This document shows, one piece after another, positions 52,421 to 64,000 of a DNA stretch of 64,000 bases. The DNA is from Camelus ferus (taxonomy: Eukaryota), in NCBI RefSeq assembly GCF_009834535.1, contig NC_045697.1, forward strand, positions 29,948,001-30,012,000, given 5' to 3'. Made by a program: the position numbers and the translations under genes. Under the pieces are notes generated by a model. The model was not told the DNA's origin. It searched no databases and saw only the letters and a list, made by a program, of their open reading frames with translations. Position 1 is the first letter of the stretch. Each line of letters starts with the position of its first letter.

Positions 52421-53408
52421 TTAAGCTGGAGAAAGCACTTCCCATGTGTTCGTGAGCTATGTGAAGAGTCCAGAAAAAGAAGAACTATCCTATCCAAGGG
52501 ACAGGGGTTTCTATCTGTGTGCTTCACCCCTCATATCCTCATATGCTGATCTTGAAAACATGGCATCTGCTAAGCCTGCATCAGGATCCACCTGAGAGGA
52601 AGAATGTTCCAGAAGGCTGGAATTATGAGCTTAAGGCTCAATGTAAATACCATCACCTTGCTCTTGAAGCCTTTACCAGCTCTTGCTCTCTTGGAATCAG
52701 TGCCTTTTCCTAGTTCCTCATTTCTCATTCTGCTAGGCTACTTCTCACTAATTCATAAAAATGATAAAACATGAATTTTTTTAGAGTTTTGTGCTATAAA
52801 ATATTCAAATTATCGTCCTTCTACTTCCCCTCAGCCTGTCCTTTATTACTCCTGTTCCTTTTCTCAGGAGCTTGGAAAATAGCTTTTCCAAATATTTCTC
52901 TAAATGTTTTCTAAATATTTGGTTAGATCTGTGTGGCTTTTAGACCCAGTTTCAACAATTTACCCTCTTGGATTCATGGACTGGGGAGCAGACTTGCTAT
53001 ATTCCATTCATTTTTGGTTTAATAAATACTTACTGAATACCTCCTATATACTAAATTCTGGGCTATTATCTGAATGTGTAAGGATGAAAAAACAAAGCAG
53101 ACAAAGTCCCTGACCTCAGTGAGTTCTCAAGCTCTCTGACATTAAGCCAGGGCAAGCCCAATCCAGCAGCCCAATCCAGGTGAAACTGTGATGAGGTGGT
53201 TGGCTTTGCTGGTTTCCAAGCTCAAATTCAGTAAAGCCTATTCATTAGATGGATGGCTCCAGTCCTTAGAAAGTTCTGTTTCTAAGAGCCAAAGTTTTCT
53301 TCTTGAGAGACACTAAGGATTTATATCAACTCTTCCATTCTCATCTTCAAAGGAAATGGAACTCTTTTGCTTCCTCTTATATATGATAGAGCTTCCACTA
53401 TTTCTCTT

Positions 53409-53655
53409 TGTATCAGTTAGCTATTGTTGCAATTCAGCCTTGTAACAAATAACCCCCAAACCTCAGGGCTGTAAAACAAGTCTGTGTTGCTCATACATCT
53501 GGGATGGTCAGCTTGCTGGGTCTGCTGAGGTTGGTGGGGCTCTCTCCTATGTGAGGGGGTGGCCTGGCTGTCTGCCAAGGTGATGGGGGTAATCCAGTGC
53601 TGCTTTCCTTATTTTCCTTACTCCAATTGGCTATTCTAGTCATGTTCTCATGGTA
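53409..53655 (-). mobile_element. Partial MaLR LTR (MLT1H/I-like)
   Basis: tgtatcagttagctattg...gtaacaaataacccccaaa...catgttctcatgg. Confidence 0.65.
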
Positions 53656-54789
53656 CCCAATTCTTTCTGTTCCCTCTGAGACTTAGTTCCCAGACTACCC
53701 ACCATCATGTCCGAATTTTTCTTAAAATGCACACCCATGCCTGGACAACTCTCTTCCAGGCATACTTTGACCCATTGAAAATGCAGAGGAATCATTATTT
53801 CTTATCTTCCAGACACATTGCTTCTGTTAATTGTTAATTTGAGCTCAGATGGAATTAGCTTATTTAGCAGATGAATTGCACAGTTGGCCCTCATCTCATG
53901 TCAGCCTTGAGAAAAACAAAACCTCTCTGATCTTTTTCTGTATATACTGTTGCCAAGTCTCATCCATCCTGTTGAACAAAATCTTTAGTCCTTGAACTGT
54001 GTCAGTTGGGTTTTGTAAAGGGTCTTTGGAATATGTGTTGAATTAACTAGGTTGACTCATTCATTCAACACATATTTCTCACGTGCCTGTGAGATGCCAG
54101 GCACTGTGCAGGGAACAGGACATTGCCATAGTCTTTACTCTGGGGACTTTATACTATAATTGCAGAAGGATAAGGTGGAGGCTGAAGATTTAACAGTCAG
54201 GATTAAAGGGCATTCTCAACTTTATAGCATCTTTTTTTTTTTTCTATGGAAGCATCTCCATTCTATTTGAGAGCTCTGTGGTTGATTAAAATTCCAGTCA
54301 TTGCCATTTGATTGATATTTTGGTAAGATGTTGACACATCTGCTTGAACAAGGCATGAATAGTTAGCAGAAGTAGAAACTGTTCACAAATTTCAAAAAAC
54401 AGGTTTCTGTTGAACATTATGAACTTGATCGACATTACACTCATGGTGATGTTGATTTAGCAAGAGTTTCCTACTGTGTTCATGAAAAGCTCAAACATCC
54501 TTCCCTTGTGCCGCTTGATGGGCACATAATGTGTGAAGAATTTTAGGCAAAGGTGCGTGTTGTGAATACTTAAGCCTATCTCAGAAGAGCCTCTGTCAGT
54601 CATACTGCTGGGCATACTGCTGCACTAGAGCCAGTTAAATGCCTTTCATCGGTTCTGGGTGCCCAGTTAGTAATGCCCTCAGTCTTGCCCTGACACTAAA
54701 GCTGATCTGTAAGGATTGTGAGGAAGCATCACTCCTCTTCTACTGACCCAACATTCCAGTGCAAAAAAACCTAAGCAAAGTTCTTCTTT

Positions 54790-55130
54790 CAATTCATTCA
54801 GCAAGTTTCAAGAATCCACTAAGAGCTGGGAATGCATCAGCTGGCAAAAGAGACACAATTCCTGCCCTTGATGGGTTTATAATCTACTGAGAAAACAGAT
54901 AATAATAGTAATAAAACTAATAAATAAGAAAAATATTGCATATGTTAGGTGGTCATAAAATATTGGGAGGAATGGCTAGAGGTTGTCCTGTTAAACAGAA
55001 TGAGTGGGTGACCAGTGTAGACCTTCTTGAGAAGGTAATATTTGAGCAAAAATCTGAAAAAAAGTAAGAAGTTAGTCATGCAACTATGATATTGGGAAAA
55101 TATCGTAATGTGCAGAGATAACAGCCAGTA
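54790..55130 (-). mobile_element. L2 3' fragment
   Basis: attcattcagcaag...cctgcccttgatgggtttataatcta...gagaaggtaatatttgagcaaaaatctgaa. Confidence 0.7.
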
Positions 55131-55189
55131 TCAGTATCTCTAAGTCTAGTTTTTTATCATGAGCTCTGCTGCCTACTAGCCTGTAATAC

Positions 55190-55395
55190 TACTAGCTAGC
55201 ATTTTTTGAGTACCCATTGGACACTTTACATACATTGTTTGGAATCTGCCCAGGAGGTAGGTTATATTATCAATCCCCATTTATAGTTGAGGAAACTAGA
55301 CTCAGATAAATTAAGGAAAGACCCATATCTTAAGTATCAGCTGAATGGGATTTGAATCCATATGGCTTTGAACTCTTAACTCCCAAAGCCTGTGC
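55190..55395 (-). mobile_element. MIR SINE
   Basis: atccccatttatagttgaggaaactagactcaga...gggatttgaatcca. Confidence 0.75.
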
Positions 55396-56601
55396 TTTTT
55401 CTGCCTTGCCATGTGTATTCCCTCATGTATGTGACTTGGTGGGAACAGATTGGGGAATTACCCTTCTGGTCAAGCAATCTGGGGAGTGGCCTTGGAACTA
55501 GGAGATCAGATTCCAAAAAGATAAAATTACATCACTCACAACTCTGCAAAATCTGCCTTGGGGTCCACTTTTTCCAGGAAACCTCCCCCTCAACAAGGCA
55601 AAATATTTGATCTGATCATCCAGCTAGGTTAATAGAGCTCCTCAAATAACCTATTTACTCTGAAGGCAGTCCTCCTGCATGGAATTCTGTTTATCTTGAC
55701 TATCTTTAGTGACTCTTGTTGATGTATATCTCTGATTAGTGATGGCTTGACAATCTGGCCACATAATAAACACAGAACTTCTTTGTGCTCTAAAATTGCA
55801 AAGTGTATCATCATGTGGGCTGTTATAACATGGTTCTCATTTTTTCCCATAGCAACAATATGAGGATGGAGGAGTTGCCTGGTTTATAAGGACTAGGCAT
55901 CAAGTAGTCACCATGACCAACAGTGGTGGTCATAAAAGCAAAGATAAATGTAAAATTATGTTCCAAGCCTATAAAAAGGGTTATATGTGGGAGTCCCATG
56001 TGCTATTTACTGTACTTGTAGCACATTGAAAAAACACAGCTCCACTCTCTCATACACTTAGAATTTACAAGAGTCTAGGAGAGATGATTTGCAAAACCCA
56101 GCTCTCTTTTTAAAAAGATATCCAAGGAAAACTCGTGCTTTTTCTTTCAATAAGTAGCCCTAAATCAAACAAAGGCATTAAAACATGTATTTTTTAAACA
56201 ATTATAGCTACTTTGTGTGTGTGTGTGTCTGTAAATAAAATGATGTTCTAAATCCTTAATAAAATGTGACCGGCTGAGCAGAACCAGTACAATTTTAGTC
56301 ACCAAGGTGCTAAAACACCTGGAAGTTAAAAGTGTTGAGAAAAACTTGACTTAGTAGAGTTGTCTCCAGGCACTGTGTGCTTGGAAGGGATCCTCGGATA
56401 AGCCCCATTGGGTGAAGGTGGCAAATTGAAACCCCAAGAGAGTGTCTAAACTACGCCCCAATAAAGTTGAGTCGGTGGGTGTGAGGGTTTTGTGGGAGCT
56501 TCAATTGTGAGCCTAAGATCTGAATAGAAATACTGAAGAGCTGAACTTGTCACCAGCACAGCCCCTTTTTCTAACCCTCCCCATACTGAACTCGATGTCT
56601 C

Positions 56602-57083
56602 TGTCGACTGAAATAAAGTGCACAACCTAAAAGTTGAGAGTTATGTTTTATTCGGTGGATTTTCTTAGGACTCAGATCGCTCTAAGAAGCTGTTCTAAAG
56701 TGGCAATGTAGAAGCCAGGATATTTGGGTTTTTGCAACAAAGATCAGGTAGCCGGAAATCAAAAGGTTATTGTTAATTAAAGCAAACCAGATATCTCAGT
56801 TAAGGAATTTAGTGCTTTTCTATGTATGGGAAGGTGCAAAGGTCTGGGCTCATTAAAGTCATTCCTTTGATATGCACCTGGCTACCTAGGGCCAGCATCC
56901 TGTGCTTTCACATCCTGAGTTCCCTCAATGGGCACCATTGGCAGTGGCCGCAGAGGCGGGGCTGCCTGCTTGTCTGCATCCTGAGTTCCCTCTGCTCATC
57001 ATCAGGGGAGTGATGGAGCTGATGACTTGATGGCCGCAGCATCCTTTGTTTACTGATATGACTGGCAATATTTTTCGTTCACA
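56602..57083 (-). mobile_element. ERV1 solo LTR, MER41-like of cetartiodactyls (482 bp)
   Basis: TG...CA termini; 4-bp TSD tctc/tccc (3/4); minus-strand AATAAA at 56647-56652; hallmark aaaccagatatctcagttaaggaatttagtgcttttctatgtatggga. Confidence 0.8.
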
Positions 57084-58479
57084 TCCCCTAAAAAATCGAT
57101 GTTCAACAGATAGGTTCTAAGGTTGCAGATTCTTACTTAACCTGACTATGGTGCCCACGTGTGATGTTTTGAGTTCCTTAAGGATGCCTCACAGCCGTTA
57201 AGTTTATTTAAAGCTTTAAGAATAGCTGCTGCATACACATGGACCAAATAAAAGCATCCCATAAGCAGTATGTGCATAAAGGACACATTTCACTCGTCTC
57301 GGAAGAGTCATAAAAAGTGAATATCCAACATTTGAAAAATAAAAGGGCTTCAAAATTCATCTCTCAGAGTTGTAAAAGCAGGAATGAGACAGCACTGTCC
57401 CGCCTTCCATCTTCTGGGAATTCCCTAGAAAAAGAGGGAATGGGGCTTAGGTGGGTGTCACATGAGCCACTGGCTGAGTAAATGGCAGTGATTTCTGGTT
57501 AGGCTCCTTCCCAATTCAGATTCTTGTATTGGTTCCATTCTCAGCCAAGATACAATCCATATTCTTTCCCAAAGTCTTTTCCCAGCCCCATTTCCTGCCC
57601 CCTCATTCCTACTGCCCCCACCATCCAGTACCCCTCTTTCTTCAGAGAAGCGGTCAAGCTGAAGTCATGTTGGAGATGCAGCTCACATCCTCTCTCTGAA
57701 GCCCCCCGATGGGTGCTTCCAGCTGGGTTCCCACACCCCTTTCACAGAGCTCGACAAGGGCGTCAACTACATTTTATTTAGGAAAGATGTGTTTGTATTT
57801 TTCCTCCTTGAGACAGTAAATTCTGTGGAATTTAGGGACCATTTTCTGTCAATCCTTTCAGTGCATGGCATAATTTTAGCTCATGGACGATTGAATTAAT
57901 GTCATAAAGGCTGTAAAGAGGCGGCTTCCTATATATAATCTCAATGCAAGCATCACTTCTTTCTTTATTAAAATTATTGGCTTTTTGAATGTTAACACTC
58001 ATTTCAGCAAACATGTCGTTGTCATCCAGAATCATGATAAATGCTGATTTACTAATTCAGAAATTTAGGTTTATCACATGCATTTTGATTTTTTGGTTGG
58101 TTGGTTGGTTTATTTTGTACTACCCCCCCCCCCCCCAAAAGCATCATTTTTGTAGCTGAAGAAAGGTAGATCTTTTGTCTAGTTTGGCAGGTTAGTCGTG
58201 CAGGGCAGGGAGAGGGTACAATAATATGTACTGGAAGGCAGGATTAAAAAAATTTTTTAATTTGTCTTAAATACAATCCTCTAAGAATAGCAAGTTTTTT
58301 AAGTAAAATACTCTTGCTGTCGTTGCCACTAAAACACTAAAACATAAGGAAAATAAATCACAAGTCCAGCTTCAAATCTTACAGAAGCACCTTCACCTTC
58401 CTTCCTCTCTGTCTCAGGTGTTCCTTGGAGCCTGTGTCCTGTCCTTCTTCCCCTAATCCTGTCTTGATGTCACTGCTTT

Positions 58480-59430
58480 CAGAATCTTCCTGGACCAGGC
58501 CCACCACTTAAGCACATCTCGCTCACATTTTCTGTCCCTCACCTCGCCACCAGCTCCTTCCTTTCAGTCTACACACCTACGCAGTGCCTTCTTACTGCTA
58601 ACTCCCCGTTTTCCTGAATCCAGCTACGTCCTTCTCCATCCTCCTCTTCAGGGACAAACCTGTTGCAAAAATGTTCTACATTTACATCATCCGTTTCCAC
58701 AGCCTCTCCTCACATCTTAACCCTTTACTTATTTCCATCTCTAACCTGGGTTAAACCTACTCTCTGAGTCACCGAGGTCATCAGTTACCTTCCACATGAT
58801 CGATACTATTGATCCACCCCTGCCTGAAACTACCTTTCCTCTTGACGGCTTGATGCTGCAGCTCCTCGTTCTCCCTTACGGTCTTTACACGGCCCTGACC
58901 CCGCCCAGTGCAGGCCCTTCCTCAGGTCTGTCCTTGGTCCTTTCCACCTCTCTCTACCTCATTTCCCTCGACAATCCTGCTTCCTCCCTTCATTTGAGCC
59001 ATTGTCTGTCTACTTGCCGAGGTCCCAGGTCCATATGCCAGGAACTCCGCGGGACAGGCAGTCCCAACCTCTCCCCAGGGCTTTGTCTACTTCTTTCTTG
59101 TGTTCCGGACAATTCCTCAATTTCATCCTGTCAAAAACATAACTGATCTCTACCTCAGCATGCCTTATTTCCCTTAATAACCGATTTCCCTTAATGGCCA
59201 CACGTCTTTGCATCCATCGTGCTTGAAGGCGTTTCTAACACCCACACTTACCTCCAGGCATTCCAGGGTCCTGTAAATTCCACCCAAATCCTCTCTCTCA
59301 CATCCATCATCTCTTCCTTCCTGTTCCTTCTGGCCTTCGTCAGAACTCCTGTCACACAGTGGGGATCATGTTACTCTCTTGCTCCTTCAGAACAACATCG
59401 AAAGACTTCAAATTCCTTAAATTCCTTTAC
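58480..59430 (+). mobile_element. Highly degenerate L2 segment
   Basis: Long C/T-rich stretch with L2-like pieces such as ctctctgagtcaccgagg and gatactattgatccacccc. Confidence 0.45.
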
Positions 59431-61689
59431 AAGGCTTTCAAGACCGCTCGGGTTTGACTATAATTTATCTTGTATAATTATAAGGTCACAAGGGAAGGCA
59501 ACACCCTGTTAATGATAAAAGTCCAGGCTTCTGAGGCATATGGACATGAACAAAAACATCCGTCCTCCCCTCCTTCAAATCTAGTTGCCCCTCCCTAAGC
59601 TTCATCCTCATTCCTTCCCTCTCTGTTGTCTTTCCTGGGTTTGGGTACAAAGCCAGTATGACTCTTCTCCACGCCAGGATATTCCAGATCCGTGAGAAGA
59701 CCCAAGAGGTCGGATCTGTAGAAGTTTCCAGGCTCTTCCTGACCCTGTATTGCTTAACCCAGCCAACCAAAAGGCAAAAGGAAAAGAAACAATACTGTCT
59801 GAATGCGTATTTAACCCCTTTGTAAATTATTCTCCCTTCCTGCCTCTCTGGCGCAGAAATGCCATACTGAAATCTGGTCTTGCTTCCTTAGCTGTATTTT
59901 CTCTTTTCAGCACTGCATGGCTTTCTCTGTAGGCGTTAGAAAGTCTGGATTCCAATTAACTTTGCCGCTGATTGCTCGGTAAATCTTGGTGAGTCAGGGC
60001 TGGTTCGTAAATGATGATGAAAATTGGAAAGTTCTTTGAGCATGGTGATGCGTGAGCAGAATACAGATCAACTAATTAGGAAGGAGAGTCACTGCACTTG
60101 TAGGTGTGGTTTTGAGAAGACGCCTGTAAATAAATATGGGGCTTTCAAGACTGGTTTATGGTTTTTCCAGGGGGAGTTTGTGTGCTTTATCCTGTATTGC
60201 CAAACCAGCCTGCAACATCTTCTAAATCTCTCTTAATCTTAAATTCCTATTCTTGGGTATTCAAATATGGAACAAGCATCATGAGAAAAACCCAAAGAAA
60301 TGGGTATTCTTCAAAAATGCCACTGACATTGATTAACTAAGCTCCTACCAGGAATTTGATCAACAAGAGACAGAAGGCATAGCAGGAGGGGAAAAGTACC
60401 CAGCAATTCTCCTAATTACACAGTGAAGAAACAGAAGGATGTCACAAGAGCATGCACTTCAACAAACATTTGCTTGAAATGGTGTTTAAGAATCCTCAGA
60501 AATCTCCCCAGAGGCCTCTGAAAAGCCTTCTGTCTAGAGAAAATTCTGATTATAAAACATTTTCTGCACATCTCACCCTCCTTTACAGGCAGTGCTGTGA
60601 TTGCTATGGGCTTGGGGTTTCACTTTGCTTTTGCTTCTGTTGGGAGCCTCTGAGCAGCGCTGGAGAGCATTCAGAGCGACCTTGCCCTTTGCAGGTGCTG
60701 CGGCACCAGGCGGGGCCCATGCGAGCCGGAGTCCAGCCTCACTTCTTTTGAAAAGGAGGCCCATGGACCTCCCCTCCACTTGGCATACTGACTAATAAAC
60801 CACTTCCTCACTTTTTTGTTGGAACTTTCCGTCAACTCTTTGCTTCCCTTTGAAAACATTCTTATCTCCCCGTGGGTTGAGGGTTCAGCGTGTGTGGGGA
60901 GTTTTCTCCTTCTCAACGTGAGGAGGGCCATCAGCCTTTTGGAGTTGTTATTTAGCTATCCTTTGTCTCCGGTGCCATTCAGAGAATGTCAGTTAGCAAA
61001 GTTTCTATTCAGAAGTGAAAAGGAAAGAGGCAATGTCAATAAATATGGTAGTAGGATAACAGTTTTGGTGAAATGCTTAACTAAAAGGAAAGTTGTTTTT
61101 TTTTTTTTCCACCAGTCATGAACATTAGCTTGGGTTCAGTCATCCTGTCCTGAAATAAATTAGTTTAGCTGTTAAATAAATCGTGTAATTGGATAGCCAC
61201 ATCTCTAGCACATTTTAAGGTGATTAGCCCTAGTATCTAGACCAGGGATATGTCACTGTGGCCATTATTTATTGGTGTGGAAGCAATTTTTAAAAAGTTC
61301 AGACTAGAGTCTGAAAGTAAGTGTTGATCTCTTCTGTGGGGCTAAGGGTTTAACAGAATTACCTTCTTATTAGATAGATGTTTGAATATCTGTACCAAGG
61401 AGGAAATACTGCTCTCTCTGGGCCGCTGTGTTGGGGGTGCTGGTTCCTGCTTTCCCTTTTACCAGAACTGATAGACTTTTTTTTACAGAAAAAGTGTTCA
61501 AATGACATGGTGATGATATAACACTGGCAGAGTATTCTGAAAGGGTTTACTCCCCCAGTTTTAGCATTCTTTACTAGAATAAATTTAGCCACACCAAATT
61601 CTATTGAGAAATGGATATTTTTTTCCTCTCCAACTGGAACCCTGGAAAGAACTGTCTTGTAAAGTTCAAACACTGTGTTTAAGTTGGGC

Positions 61690-61920
61690 AGGTTCATCTT
61701 TACCTTCAGAAGTTGAAGGCTTATGGCTTGAACTGTGGACTGTAGAGACCTTGGATCAAATCTCAGTGCTGTCACCTGTCATAGTGTGCAACTCGCTGAA
61801 CGCTCTGTGTCTTTGATCCTCAAAACTGAGTGACAATACATGCGGGGGTTATTGAATGAATAAAAGATGATATCCATGAAGTGGCCAGCACTGTGTGGGC
61901 ATGCAGTGAGCACTTGATGG
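61690..61920 (+). mobile_element. MIR SINE (degenerate)
   Basis: cttggatcaaatctcagtgctgtcac...ccagcactgtgtgggcatgcagtgagcacttgat. Confidence 0.6.
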
Positions 61921-62509
61921 CCTGGTGTCCACACTCTATGTACGTTATTCTTTAGAGACATACCTGGCGCATAGATAATCAGAGCCCCACAAACAGCTTG
62001 TAAAGTGAAGGGAGTATCTTCCAAATTCAAGCATCCAGCCCAGATATTTTCAAGTGGATTTTAATATTTTTCCCATATAAAGGGACAGAATTAAATTACC
62101 CTTAGTGATAGATACCAAGAAACCGAGCGAATTTCTTTTCTCCATCGTCCTGAGTCAATATGGTTAACTGAGACATTCTGGGGAAGGAGATTCTGGGAGA
62201 TCCAATAAGCCAATGGCTTGAAAAGCAGCTGTACTTTAAAGAATAGTGTCTCCCTCTCTCATCCTGCAGGAATGCACCAGCATTGCTTGTGAATGCTTTG
62301 CACACCTCCAAGTCAGGTTTAATCTGTAACAGTCTTCCTCAGACTGTTCAGGTATCATCAGGTTTTATTACTTAAGTCCTGAGATACCTGTGTGAGAGAT
62401 GAAAACAGAAGACTTACTTTTTGCCTACTTGGTCATTCTCCTAACAACAACCAGAAACTTTTCCATCAAAGTCTTGCTGCCAGATCCCTCAAGGTCAGGA
62501 GTGCTGGAC

Positions 62510-62880
62510 TCCTTAGCAACTCCCATCACTCCATCCTGGAGCAGGAGGACGTTTGGCACTGTGTTCATACTCTGCTTTACAAGTGAGGAAATGGTGGAGC
62601 AGGAAACGGTGGACTTACTCCAGGTCCTTCAAGTAGCAAATAATAAAACAAGAGCTAACATTATACCGAGTGATCATTCACAGGCCAAAAGCTCTCCTTA
62701 ACTCCTTTATTTATTATACTTACTTCTCATAACAAGCCTATTCTCTCTAATAATATTATAGATAAATTATTATACCCATTTTACAGATGAGAGAAGGAGC
62801 ACAGAGAGGTGAGGTAACTCATCCAGGATGGTAGATGTCAGATTAGAACTCAGGCAGCTGACACCAGGGGCTTCTCTCAC
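62510..62880 (-). mobile_element. MIR SINEs
   Basis: ctttacaagtgaggaaatgg and atacccattttacagatgagagaaggagcacagagaggtgaggtaact. Confidence 0.7.
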
Positions 62881-64000
62881 TCTTGGTTCTGCTGCAGAAC
62901 TGGGGATAGAACTCAGATCGAGGTTGTTTCCAACTTTCCTTAGCGAGGACTCCTAGTTCCTACCTGAGCCTTATTGCTCAAGGGTCATTCTAATGAAAAG
63001 TAAAGGTCTGCTTTTTTGCAGTTTGGGAAATATTTATCGAGTACATAATATGGTTAAAGGTCTGTGCTAGGTCCTGTGGGGGAGTACCGAGGGATGATTC
63101 CTGCTCTGTCTGCAAAGAAATTAATTCTAGTCCTGCAACTTCACTGTGACTCGAATAGAATTAGCATGACTGATGTCAGTTTTCACTATAAACCATTCTT
63201 TAGGAAACCTGAATTACTTGGACAAGGGTAAATTGTTTCTATTAAAAACAAATTAAAGAGTAATATATGAATGAAGACTGTTCCCCAGTTGGAGCCTGGG
63301 TAAGCGGTGAGAGTGGCTTGACTGTGCCTCAGGGTTGTGTGCGTTTGCAATGACTTTGTTTTCAAGTTGTCACCGTTCTGTTCTAACTGAGGACCAGCCA
63401 TTTAAGCTAAGACTTCCTTGGTTTATGCCTCATGATTTGATTGCTCTCCACCATGGTTGACATCTTAGGAAAGAAGGTTGGAAATAACTTAACTCCCAGG
63501 AGGGATTTAGCTACTTCTGTAATTTTGTCCTTCAAGCTGGTATTTGTCTTGTGTCTGTTTTCATTATTTTAAATAGTCTTATGGTTTTCAGAATCTCCCT
63601 ATTCTCATAGTAAAAAAATACCATTTAGCTTTTATATCTTTCACAAAAAAAGAATTCTGTGATGTTTTACAAGGTCCATGTATCTGTTACCACTAGTATG
63701 CTTGGAATAGTAAACAGATCTCCAAATCCCAGATAAGCAACGTTGAGAAAGGGAGAAACAGGCGTTTTGGCTCTCATTCCTGGGACTGGAGTCGTGACGT
63801 GTGCAGTGGGAGCTTAGGAATCAGAGTGTCTTTCCAGCACTGCCTGTGCTGTCTGACTCTGGACCAGAGTAGGTGTCACGTTCCCACTTGTCTTCCCACA
63901 CTCTCACGACATCCAAGATGATGGTGACAACAACTACAAACGACTAACATTTGGGGAGATGCACTATGTACTAGGCACAACACTATGTTCTTGGGAATTT

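Noticed and set aside
53660..54720. Possible CR1/L3 remnants
   Set aside because: The resemblance is too faint to support by eye; it needs an HMM search.
1..64000. The many 60-156 aa ORFs in the six-frame track as genes
   Set aside because: They are short, overlap on both strands, often start at non-ATG codons and have no recognisable domains. Those with homology are decayed L1 ORF2 pieces. Only part of 25330..25518 is a real exon.
25507..64000. Next LIMCH1 coding exon (expected to begin DNI.LFLRGC)
   Set aside because: Not seen by eye or in the ORF track; presumably downstream of the window.

Overview
Mammalian intronic DNA, most likely from a camelid, because it carries two Vic-1-type tRNA-derived SINEs. 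The window lies inside the + strand gene LIMCH1 (LIM and calponin homology domains 1). It contains only two short coding exons of the N-terminal CH domain: 2020-2090 (71 nt, [24 protein letters not shown]) and 25437-25506 (70 nt, [23 protein letters not shown]). The rest is intron, filled with old repeats (MIR, L2, L1M, MER58, MLT1, MER21) and several better-preserved ERV LTRs and SINEs. Nearly all ORFs in the track are chance or repeat-derived. I found no convincing new biological system. The best leads are regulatory hypotheses: a sense-oriented LTR with a tandem CCAAT array, octamers, TATA box and downstream splice donor 4 kb upstream of the second exon, and a candidate internal first exon ending at 39329. 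Repeat family names come from remembered consensus sequences, not from a database search, and boundaries are approximate unless TSDs are cited.
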